From the NCBI RefSeq assembly GCF_009914755.1, contig NC_060937.1: a stretch of 64,000 nucleotides of DNA. One strand, 5' to 3'. Made by a program: the position numbers and the translations under genes. Shown here in pieces: positions 14,186 through 26,260 of the stretch. Positions within the stretch are counted from its first letter, which is position 1; each line of letters starts with the position of its first letter. This DNA comes from the human T2T-CHM13v2.0 reference genome, Homo sapiens. Below the pieces are notes generated by a model. It saw only the letters and a program-made list of their open reading frames with translations, did not search any database and was not told the DNA's origin.

Positions 14186-14789
14186 GTAGGAAGGAGTGGG
14201 CGTCTCAGGCCTGGGGTGTGTGCTGGGTTTATGACGTGCTCCTTTTACAGGAGAACAAACACCTGGATTTCTTTCAAAGCCTGGACCTTGACTTATGCTG
14301 AATTTTGCCTTGGTTCTTTGGAGTGGGAGAAAATAGAGCCATAGGCATTGAGAAAATCAATGTGCTCTCCCATCACTGAGTCTGTCCTTCAGTACCTCAC
14401 TCAGGCATGGACTCTCAGTGCCCCCAAAAGCTTTACTTGGGGCCGCTGGTTTGAGTGGTGAGAAGTGCTTGGAGTGAGGGCCATAAGAATGTCAGTGCAG
14501 CCGCAGCACTTTCATGTCCCATCTTCCATCACGCCCCATCTTCCATCACACCTCTCAGCCGAGTCTCCAAGGCCCCGACGTGGCTCCACCTGACCTCCTG
14601 GACAGAGAGAGGCAGGTGGTGTCTGTGGGCCAGGCCTCCGAGCCACACTGAGGACCCCCAACACCTGAGAGGACTCCCTGAGCATGGCCAGAGCCAGCCC
14701 CCAGTCAAATTGGAGCTCTCCACACCCGCCCCCCCGACACACACCTGCACTCCCTCCTCGGAAGGGAAGGGACCTCTCTCAATCCTCCT

Positions 14790-15125
14790 TCTTTCTGCTG
14801 AGGCCCCAAGTGGAACTCACTTCACTTCTCAGACCCACTCCAGAGGCCACTCACTCCTCGAAGGTCTTTCCCAGCCCTTCTCTGTTGTCTTCCTCCTTTG
14901 CCTCCCATCTTAGTCATTTGTGCCACGGTTTACCCTCCCTTCTAGACTGAGCTCCTCAGAGCAGGATGTGTGGGTTGTTAACCTCGATGTGTCTCACACA
15001 CACAGATGCACATGCTTTGCATTTACAGGTATTAGATGCACACGTTTTGCTTCACACACACACTCCCAAGCACAGCGCTTTGCAGACACAGGTATTAGAT
15101 GACCCATAAATGCTTTGTGCATGTA
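14790..15125 (+). mobile_element. L2 3' fragment
   Basis: CTAGACTGAGCTCCTCAGAGCAGG and CATAAATGCTTTG L2-end motifs. Confidence 0.55.
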
Positions 15126-15411
15126 ATTGACTATAGAGACATGGCCTCTAACCCAGAGATCACACAGGCATGTGGGGAGGCCACATCAGCACACGGGAAG
15201 CTGCATAGAAGACAGTGCAGAACCGAGTGCCAAACACTCCGGACAAACTAGAACAGAGGGAGGACCCCCAGGCCAGTGAGATGGTGCTCAGGCCAGAGCC
15301 CTTAGGGATACCTTCAAGGCGGGGCTGGGACTGACCTAGCCCTTGGGGTGTGGAATGTGGATGCGGGAGAGAGGCAGGAAGAGGGAGTTTTTCAGGTGTT
15401 TAGAATGAGAA

Positions 15412-15489
15412 CAAGGCCAGAGAACAACATGCAAAGTATTGGCCACGCGAGCAAGGCCAGAGAACAACATGCAAAGTATTGGCCACGCG
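15412..15489. repeat. Perfect 38-bp direct tandem duplication (period 40)
   Basis: CAAGGCCAGAGAACAACATGCAAAGTATTGGCCACGCG at 15412-15449 and 15452-15489. Confidence 0.97.
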
Positions 15490-17011
15490 GAATTTGAGAG
15501 GCATCAGTTTAGGAAGAGGAACCCATGGGTGGAAGTGGAGTGGAGAGGGTGTCCTGGGCATTACCTGCTGCTCCAGGGGTTTGTCTGAGAGACAAAAACA
15601 CCGCAGGAGTCCCAGCAGCTCTGCTAACCTCAAGGTGGCTTCTGCTCTTCAGCCTGCTAAAACCTTTTCAGAAATGTTCCTCACTAGACAGAGGTCAGTG
15701 ACCCAGTCCCTTTTAGTAGCAGCAAGTCTCTGGGCCAAGATAGAAGGAAGTCACATCCTACTTAAAAAAAAAAAAAAAAAAAGCCTGAGTATGCAGTTCC
15801 TGCTGCCTGGGGTCTCCAGGCAGCAATCTGTGCATTCACACTGCTGCTCTGTGGCCTCTGGGTTGACGCTGCTGACCCTGAGTGTCTAGAAGTCCCATCC
15901 CCACCACCAACAGATGCCAAAACACAGCCCAATATGTATCCATCTGTCCTCACTCACTGATGGACACACAGCGCAGGGTGGGCCAAGGCCCAGAAGGGAG
16001 GTGTGAGGGGAGGAGGCCCTGGTTCCCGGGGCAGCTTCTCATGCAGGGCTGGGGATGAGAGGCCTTGGGGCCCCCGGGACCCCTGGTAGTTATGCCTTTA
16101 CTGGGGGCCTAGGCCTGTAGGTCTGTGGGGTCATTCTGGAAAGGGCCAACATGGGGCTTACTCGCTGGAGTAGGAGACACGCCCACCCAGGCCTGAGCCC
16201 AGGGCTGTCTCTCATGGTTCCCAAATCCACTATCTGCCCAGTCACACCTGGCAAACCCAGAGACCACTGTGCATGTCCCAGAAAGGGACCAAGGATGGGA
16301 AGCAGCTGGTCCAGGCTCCATAACTACTCACTGCCAAGCCCCCACTGGACCCCACGCCTCCTGGCTCATGGCTGGTGACATGACAGCAAGGCTTCCAGGT
16401 GCAAAGGCTCCCGGGGGAAGCTCGAGGGCTCCAAGACTGAGGCCCTTGCCCCAGGGGTACAGTGACCCTGAGAAGTTTAGAGCTGGAAGAGGGTTGTCGA
16501 GTCTCAAACTCCTTGTGCAGAACAGCCAGCATCTTGTTCAAATGCAGCCTTGATCCTGGGGGCCTGAGCATCTGCTCCACCAAGCCCAGGGGGTGCTCAG
16601 ACTGTGGACCTCACTTTGATGCCCAGGTCATAGGCCTTGGTAAGAAAGGTGGATTTCATTTTAAGGTTAATGAATAGTGATTGGAGGGTTTCACCAAGAG
16701 AATAATTTGGTCTGGGGGTACACCAGTTTGGGGGAGCTGGGGGAAGGTCACAGATTCTGTTTGTTCCTGAGCTTGAGCCTCCTACTAGACACCCAAATCT
16801 GGTGAAAGGTGGGCAGCTGTATCAATGAACCCAGAGCTCAGGGTGATGTAGGAGGTAGACAGGAGAGAGCCTACAGGGAGCCCTTCGTCTCCGAATGTAC
16901 CCAGTGCCAGCCTCGGGGACAGTGTCAGTCCACACAGCTGCCAGTTGCTCCCACTCCTTCTTAGTACAGATGTTCCTGGACTTACTTTCTTTTGGCTTTA
17001 CAGTGGGCTTA

Positions 17012-17338
<327 letters not shown>

Positions 17339-18616
17339 CACATTTGAAGACATAGCAGCAGCCAACATATAAATACACTGGAGATAACTGAAAATTTAAC
17401 TTTGGTTGTTAAGTTAATGTGTTCTTACTTAGACTTAAAAATAAATCTGTCCTCGTTAAGTTTAAAATATCCCGAGGCAGGAAATCAAGACATTTTTAAA
17501 TTTCTGGCATTTTTAAATTTCTGGCAGTTGATCTATAGGAATCTGGATTTCTGTCAATCACGTACTGCCAAGTAACAAAGCGCCTCGGGATGCAGATGCA
17601 CCTGCGTCTGGGAGGCTGCCTGGCTTCCATTTCACATGTTAGTATTTCCCAGAGGAGCCTGCTGCTCCCACTGACTCCTACATTATAGGTTAAAAGGTGG
17701 CTTATTGCCTGTTTCACACACTTCTAAAAGGATCATGCTGGCACTAATATTTCCCTACTGACAAGAACCTCTGGGAGCCTCTGTGCCTGAAGAGTAGGGG
17801 GCAGGGCCCTGCCTGCTCCTCACAGGGAAGCCCTGGCCTCCACATATCTGTGGGCCTATGACCCACCTTGTGTGGGCAGCGGCTCTGGGACAAATGCCTC
17901 AGCATTTCCGTGTTTGGGGCCCTCCCTACCCTGATCCTTCCTATTCTTCCCCAGCATGGAAGAATAGGACAGACAGCGGAATTCAGTAGAGCCTCGGGCC
18001 ATTGCCCCACCGACATTCCTTCCTTCCAGTCTCTTGACACACACCGCATTTTAGTTCCCTGACAGTCAACCAGGACAGCAGCACCCACTTGCCAAGAACA
18101 GTGCAACCTCTGTGAACACCCTCCCCTATCACACACTGACAACCAAGGACGGCCCAGGCTCCATAAGGAAACCCTCCACCACCACACACCCAACACCAAG
18201 GATGGCCCAGCCCCCACAGGACACCCTTCACCACCACACACCCACCACCCAAGCCTCTAGAACTTCCCAAGCACATATGATGCAGGAGGAAGATGAGACA
18301 ATAGATGCAAAGATGTCTCCACCATGGTTTTGATGATTGCTGGGCCTTCTCACCTAGGAAAGAGTCATACACTCATATCACTCCTGCAGAGGGCTTCAAC
18401 CTGCCATAGAAAGGGACGTAATGGGACTGTGCTTTGAAGGACACTTATGCCCCAACCCGGACAGTGGTGAAATACACGAGGTGTTTCCATTACACACACA
18501 GGGAAGGCCAGGGCCTAATGAAAACTCCCCGCCAAGGAGAAGCTCTGTGGGGTCCCGGCTGCCTCTTTCATGACAAAGACAGCCTGAGAAGCACAGAGGG
18601 CTCACCACTGGCTCTG

Positions 18617-18790
18617 CCACTTCCTGGCTGAGGGGCCCTGACCAAGTCTTTGAAGTCTCTGCACCTCAGTTTCCGTGTTAGTACAACAAGCGTGATTCAT
18701 GCACGTGCTTGGAGGGCTGCAGTTAGAATAAGAAATCCCACACAGGAAGCTCTGCTGTGTGGCTGGGATCCCGGAAGTAACAGGCTTGTT
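18617..18790 (+). mobile_element. MIR
   Basis: Core CTCTGCACCTCAGTTTCC. Confidence 0.65.
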
Positions 18791-19476
18791 AGTTGATTAT
18801 TTGCATTTTGAGGTAGTTCTGAGGTCACAGACAGTGAGGGATCCCACCCTTAATATGAAAGGTGTGGACAATACAGCCAGCAGCAGCAGCTGCAGAACGC
18901 CGCTGAGGTGACACCTGAGTCCTCTGTGAAGTCCCCTTTTCTCGCCAGGCGTGCGCAGAGGCCTGGGGGTGTCTGTAGTTTATCTGGGGCCTGAGGAAGC
19001 CTCATCCAGACACAGGCCTGGCCCCACACCCCAGCTCCACACATGTGAGCTGTTCCGCCAGAGAGCAGGAGGACTAGAACAAGGCCACCTCCGTTCTCCT
19101 GGGAGCTAAAAATGAAAAGAGGCACTGGGCAAAAGCACTTGTTTTTGTCGATAGCAACACTTGTGCACAATTTTGAATCAATAACAAACATGTTCACAGC
19201 CAAAAACATGCCGGAATGCATCAACCCTTCATTATCTATGTGTGGATTGCCTATTTTGTTAAGTAGCATGTGTTTTTAACTTTAAAATTATGTTCAAATT
19301 TTACTGTATAGTATTCTCTACCTAAACTTCTTTACACAGCATTAAAGTTTCATAACTTCAAAATGCCCACCATTCATATCTTAGTATGTTCTTTCGTTTC
19401 TCTTTAGCGACCAAAGGTAAATACTAAATCCCGTGGTCAGCATGAGCATATCTTGTGTTCTGATGTTCTGTTCTTC

Positions 19477-19805
19477 TTTTTTTTTTTTTTTCTTTACTTT
19501 TTGAGACAAAGTCTCACTCCGTTGCTCAGGCTGAAGTGAAGTTGCACAATCATAGCTTACTACAGCCTCTATCCCCTGCACTCAAGCAATCCTTCTGCCT
19601 CAGCTTCAGGAGTAACTGAGACTACAGGCAGGTGCCACCACACCTAGCTAACTGTTTTCTTTTTCTTCCTTTTTTTTTTTTTTTTTTTTTTGAGAAACGA
19701 GTTCTCGCAATGTTGCCTAGTTCTCGAGCTCCTGGCCTCCAGCAATCCCCCTGCCTTGGTCTCCCTAAGTTCTGGGATTACAGGCGTGAACCACCATACC
19801 CGGCC
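19477..19805 (-). mobile_element. Alu (J-like)
   Basis: Diverged antisense dimer. Confidence 0.94.
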
Positions 19806-20112
19806 TGTTCTGTTTTGTTTTGTTTTTACATTTTTTCCTTATAATAACTTTCCCCATATCTAAACAGGAGAATATTAGTTTTTACTTGGACTTTTTAACT
19901 ATATATTATTGGATTACAGGGAAATGTTTTTTTCTTGTCAGTTATTTCATTGTAATATTTTTTTATAGGCGGTGTTATTATGTTATAGGGTTTGAGTGAA
20001 TTGTGGGTTTTGGTTATATTTTCAGGTTGCTTTCCAAAATTATCATGCCAGATGTGTCTAACCCTGGAGCCTAGATTGGGTTCCCCACCCCAAGGCCACA
20101 CACAGCTGAGAG

Positions 20113-20301
20113 GGCCTCAGCCTCCCAAGTAGCTGGGACTACAGGCACCCACCACCATGCCTGGTTAATTTTTTATATTTTTTAGTAGAGATGGGGTTTC
20201 ACCGTGTTAGCCAGAATGGTCTCCATCTCCTGACCGCATGATCCGCCCGCCTCAACCTCCCAAAGTGCTGGGATTACAGGCGTGGGCAACCATGCCCGGC
20301 C
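20113..20301 (-). mobile_element. Truncated Alu
   Basis: Antisense Alu lacking its 3' third and tail. Confidence 0.92.
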
Positions 20302-20680
20302 TATTTATCTATATTCTTATACCCATTTACCGACCTCTCTTCATCTCCCTACTTTGCTACCCTTTCCCAGGCTCTAGTAACCACCAATCTACTCTCACCC
20401 TCTATGAGATGAACTTTTTAGTTCCCACAAATGAGTGAGAATGTGTGATATTTGTCTTTCTGTGCCTGGCTTGTTTCACCTGAGATAATGACCTCCAGTT
20501 CCATCCATGTGGCTGCAAATGACAGGATCTCTTTCTTTCTTCTGGCTGAATAGTTATTGCATTGCATATATGTACCAAATTCTCTTTATTAATTCATCCA
20601 TTGATGAACACCGAGGTTGATTCCATGTCTTGCCTATTGCGAATAGTGCTGCAATGAACATGGGGATGCAGATATCTCAG
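20302..20680 (-). mobile_element. L1MA-type 3' fragment
   Basis: TTTGTCTTTCTGTGCCTGGCTT...GAATAGTGCTGCAATGAACATGGGG. Confidence 0.85.
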
Positions 20681-21541
20681 GGAGAGAATTTTGATCATTC
20701 CAGGAAGCAGGCAGGAGGCAAATAATTGAAGGAATTTGGATCATAATCCAAAAGACACAAAAATCCCAAATGCCATAATCCAGAATTTTAAAATCTGGAA
20801 GGACCAAAATTCCTAAAGATCAAAACCCTTAACTTCTAAGTCCCTAAAGTCTAAAATCCCTAACATCTAAAATTCTAATCACGGGATAGCCGCACCACAG
20901 TGCCTTGTGCAGGCTGTGCAGGAGGCGTGTATGAGCGCCAAATTGACAAGGGGCGACCATTTTAGGCATCAATGTGACTGAATTAAGGAATATCTAGAAA
21001 CCTGGTAAAGCATTATTTTGGGTGCATCTGTGACAGTGTTTCCAGAGGGGATTAGGGTGTGAGCATGAGTGGACTAGGTAGGAAAGATCCACTCTCAATG
21101 TTGGCGGGCACTATCCCGTCAGTTGGGGCCCAGAGAGAACAAATTCGGAAGGAGAATTGGTCTCACCCTGAGAGCTGGGAAAGGATTTTCTTCTATTGCC
21201 TGGGACACTGGAACTCCAGGCTTGCCAGCCTTTGGACTTCAAGACTCAAACACTAGCCACCCCTTGGGTCCTGAGGCTTTCAGCCTGAGCCAGGCTACCA
21301 GCACCCCAGGTTGACTCTGTATTGCATATGTACACAAAAACTTTGAAACTTCCTCAACAAATGAAGAGATTTTGTTTTTGTACATCTGCATTTGGGAAAA
21401 GGTGAAATTTCTCAAGATCTCAGCTCTTTGGGGGACTGCAGTGGTGACCTATTATATTTTTAATTGATTTCATCATAAAATTTCTCAAGATTTCAACTCT
21501 GTGCAGGACTGTGGCAGTGACCTATTGTGGTTCTTGATTAA

Positions 21542-22257
<716 letters not shown>

Positions 22258-22478
22258 TGACCTATTTCTTTATGAACACAGTTCATCTGTTAACAACTGT
22301 TACACCTGTAAGACTGTCATTACTATGCCTGATACTCGCAAAAATATGCATATTATTGCCTATTTTATTGTGTAAAGTGGCCTATGACATGTTCTGTCAT
22401 GTCTTTATATGATTCTCAGATAAATTCCCTTTTAAAAAATGTAAATAAGCTGGGTGAAGTGGCATGTGCTTGTGGTCC

Positions 22479-23280
22479 TGTGTCTGGAATTGGTGGGTTC
22501 TTGGTCTCACTGACTTTAAGAATTAAGCCACACACCCTCACAGTGAGTGTTAGAGTTCTTAAAGGCAGTGCATCTGAAGTTGTTCATTCCTTCCGGTGGG
22601 TTTGTGTTCTCGCTGGCCACAGAAGTGAAGCTGCAGACCTTCGAGGTGAATGTTACAGCTCATAAAGGTGGCCCACCCGGAGTTGTTCATTCCTCCCATC
22701 CGGAGTTGTTCTCATCCCTCCCGGTGGGTTCGTGGTCTCACTGGCCTCAGGAGTGAAACAGCAGACCTTCACAGGGAGTGTTACAGCTCATAAAGGTGGC
22801 ACCAACCCCAAAAGTGAGCAGCAGCATGATTTACTGTGAAAGAACAAAGCTTCCACAGTGTGGATAGGAGACCCCAGTGGGTTGCCACTGCTGCCTCGGG
22901 GCAGCCTGCTTTTATTCCCTTATCTGACCCCACCCACATCCTGCTGATTGGTCCATTTTACAGAGAGCTGATTGGTCCATTTTACAGAGAGCTGATTGGT
23001 CCGTTTTACAGAGAGATGATTGGTCCATTTACAATCCTTTAGCTAGATACAAAACTTCTCCAAGTCCCCACTAGATTAGCTAGACACAGAGCACTGATTG
23101 GTGTGTTTACAAACCTTGAGCTGGACACAGGGTGCTGATTGGTGTGTTTACAAACCTTGAGCTAGACACAGAGTGCTGATTGGTGCATTTACAATCCTCC
23201 AGCTAGACATAAAAGTTCTCCAAGTCCCCACCCGACTCAGGAGCACAGCTGGTTTTGCCTAGTGGATCTGTAGCCAGGGC
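22479..23280 (-). mobile_element. LTR12 (ERV9 LTR), 3' ~800 bp only
   Basis: Begins with the reverse complement of the LTR12 3' end (TGTGTCTGGAATTGGTGGGTTCTTGGTCTCACTGAC); repeated GCTGATTGGT (CCAAT) units. Confidence 0.93.
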
Positions 23281-23284
23281 CGCA

Positions 23285-24646
23285 GCATGCTCTGGCCTTG
23301 GAGTCTGCTCTGGCCATGCTTGAGGAGCCCTTCAACTCACTGCTGCACTGTGGGATCCCCTCTCTGGCCTGGCCTAGGCTGGAGCTGGCTCCCTCTGCTT
23401 GCGGGGAGATGTGGAGGGAGAGGCGCGGGCGGGAACCGGGGCTGCATGTGGCACTCTGGGGCCATTGTGAGTACCGGGTGGGCACGGGCTCAACGCGCCC
23501 ACACTCAGAGCGGCCTGCTGGCGCAGCCGACGCCAGGCAGTGATGGGCTTAGCACCCGGGCCAGCAGCTGTGGAGGGGGCACCTGGTCCCCCAGCACTGC
23601 TGGCCCGCCCATGTCATGCTCAAATTCTTGCTGGGCTTCAGCTGCCTCCCCGTGGGGCAGGGCTCAGGACCTGCAGCCCACCATGCCTGAGGCCCCCACA
23701 CCCCCTCCCCTGTGGTGGGCTCCTGCGCAGCATGGGATGGCCCCAGCACAGGATCCATTAGGCGAAGCCATCTGGGCTCCTGAGTCAGGTAGGGACTTGC
23801 AGAACTTTTATGTCTAGCTGGAGGATTGTATATGCACCAATCAGCACTCTGTGTCTAGCTCCAGGTTCGTGGATGCACCAATCAGCATCTGTATCTAGCT
23901 AATCTGGTGGGGACTTGGAAAACTTTTATGTCTAGCTAAAGGATTGTAAATACACCAGTCAGCACTCTGTGTCTAGCTAAAGGTTTGTAAACGTACAAAT
24001 CAGTGCTCTGTGTCTAGCTAATCTGGTGGGGACTTGGAGAACTTTTATGTCTGGCTAGAGGATTGTAAATGCACCAATCAGCATTCTGTGTCTAGCTCAA
24101 GGTTTGTAAATGCACCAATCAGCACCCTGTCAAAATGGACCAATCAGCTCTCTGTAAAATGGACCAATCAGCAGGATGTAGGTGGGGTCAGATAAGGGAA
24201 TAAAAGCAGGCTGCCTGAGCCAGCAGTGGCAACCCACTCGGGTCCTCTTCCACAGTGTGGAAGGTTTGTTATTTTGCTCTTTGCAATAAATGTTGCTGCT
24301 GCTCACTCTTTGCATCTGCACTGCCTTTATGAGCTGTAAACACTCACTGCGAAGGTCTGCAGCTTCACTCCTGAGGCCAGCAAGACCATGAACCCACCGG
24401 GAGGAATGAACAACTCCAGATGCGCTGCCTTAAGAGCTATAACACTTACCGTGAAAGTCTGTGTCTTCACTCCTGAGCTAGCGAGACCACGAACCCACCA
24501 GAATGGAAGGAACTCTGAACACGTCCGAACATCAGAAGGAACAAACTCTGGTCACACCGTCTTTAAGAACTATAACACTCACCGCGAGGGTCGGCGGCTT
24601 CATTCTTGAAGTCAGTGAGACCAAGAACCCACCAATTCCGGACACA
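23285..24646 (+). mobile_element. LTR12 (ERV9 LTR), missing the extreme 5' end
   Basis: GC-rich 5' U3, GCACCAATCAGC repeats, core GATAAGGGAATAAAAGC, AATAAA at about 24285, terminal CCAATTCCGGACACA. Confidence 0.95.
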
Positions 24647-25449
24647 CAGTGGCCTCTGGGGGGATTCCACCAGGGTTCAGGCCCTGGACTGGGGCTGGAT
24701 GAATAGATCCCATCAGGTCCCACCCTGGGGTCAGCATCCAGAGAGAGAATCATTAACCAACCACACCAAGGAGGGTGAATTTGCCACTGTGATCAGGGCT
24801 GTGAAAGAAAAAGGAACATGGGGTCTGAAATCGGGGCAGTGGGGCAGTGGGGAGGGCTGGCTGCCATCTCCCAAGGAAGGGCGTTGAGCCGAGCTCCCAC
24901 AGCTGAGCAGCTGAACGGGTGGAGGGAAGCCCTGCGTTGGGGGCAGAGCACCAGGCCTGGCCCAGCCAGGGAGTGGCAAGTAAGTCCTTGGGGAAGGAGT
25001 GGGGTCCAGGTTGGACCAGGTCAGGTCAGTGAGCGGGACCTCAGGGGGCCTGAGAGTGAGGAAGGCTGGAGAGGCTGAGGAGCCTGGAAGCTGTTCAGCC
25101 CAGGAGGGGTGACGGGGGTGGGGAGGCTCTCCAGAGCCACAGGAAGCGGGGAAGAGAGCTTGTGTTTGGTGGGGAGAACAGACAGGATCAGATCCAAGCT
25201 TCTGAAAAGATCCCTCTGGCTTCACATAAACAAAGATTGCACAGGCTTTCCACATCTCACTTGGTTCTTTCCTTCTTAAATGAACCAGCTTGTGTGAGAG
25301 AAGATGACAGCATATTTAATTTCCTAGCACTTACCACCAACAGCCAAATAATTTATTTTCTATCTTCTTCCTCTAGAAAATAAGTTCCAAGATTTATGTA
25401 AGCTTTGTTCACTGTTATATCTCCAGCACCTAGGACAAAGTCTGAGATT

Positions 25450-25885
25450 TGTTAAATGAACTTATAGGAAGCCATTGGTTTGGGCTGAGCTCCTGCAATA
25501 GACCCAACAGAGCAAACCAAAATGGAGTTACTCCTGCCAAACTTTCATGACACCAAACTGAAACTAAGTTGTTTATTTGACCTTCCAAGAGATCAGGAGA
25601 GAGAGATAATAGCCAAATCCCCAAACAGGTCGGTTTTAACAAGCAGGAAGAAGTCCCCTCTTCTTTAACCTTTACGAGAAAAACTACTTTCTAATAACCA
25701 ACCCGCCTTCTGCTTCCTGTTTCTGTTTTCCTCAGCCTTTTTCTGTTTAAAAAGTCAACCCCCTCTGCTGGCCTTATCAAAACACTCCTATTTTATGGAA
25801 TGGAGTGTTGCTCAATTCTAGAATCACAAATAAAGGCCAATTAGGATCTTTAAACTGCATTTGTTGTAATTTTTGTCTTTTGACA
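25450..25885 (+). mobile_element. ERV1-class solo LTR (subfamily not assigned) inserted in an L2 3' end
   Basis: TG...CA termini, AATAAA near the 3' end, AAAATGGAGTTACT motif; L2 tail resumes after it (GCACTCAATAAA). Confidence 0.75.
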
Positions 25886-26059
25886 AATGTAATAAGCACT
25901 CAATAAACATGTGAAAAGAGGGAGAGCAAGAGATAGAGAAAGAGAGAGGGAGCGAGGAAGAGAGAGAGGCCTCATGGAGGAAGGAGGGTGACTTCTCTGC
26001 ACCTTCAGAGGCAGGTGCCCCCACAGTGCCAGTGCAAGCACTGAGCAGATTTTGTGGGG

Positions 26060-26260
26060 TACGTGTTGGTGTAGCAAGAAAGACAAGGCCTGTATCCAAA
26101 GAGCTGGGTTTGAGAATGAGTGTTGCCACTTACTAGAATGAAACCTTTGTCAAGTTACTGAACATCTGAACTTCCAACTCCTCAAATGTAAAATGGGTGT
26201 GACAACACCCACCTCACCGGGTTATTGCAGAGGCTGAACGTGTAGCTGTGATTAAGAAGG
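26060..26260 (+). mobile_element. MIR
   Basis: CTCAAATGTAAAATGGG core. Confidence 0.65.

Noticed and set aside
15763-15782. Isolated poly-A run as the tail of a processed pseudogene
   Set aside because: No upstream AATAAA, no TSD and no recognisable mRNA body
22930-24175. Regularly spaced repeats superficially like a CRISPR array
   Set aside because: Normal CCAAT-box tandem units of LTR12 U3; no unique spacers, and a eukaryotic context
23287-25255. Longest ORFs in the track (176 aa and 174 aa)
   Set aside because: They lie in GC-rich LTR12 and L2-like sequence where stop codons are scarce; no domain resemblance
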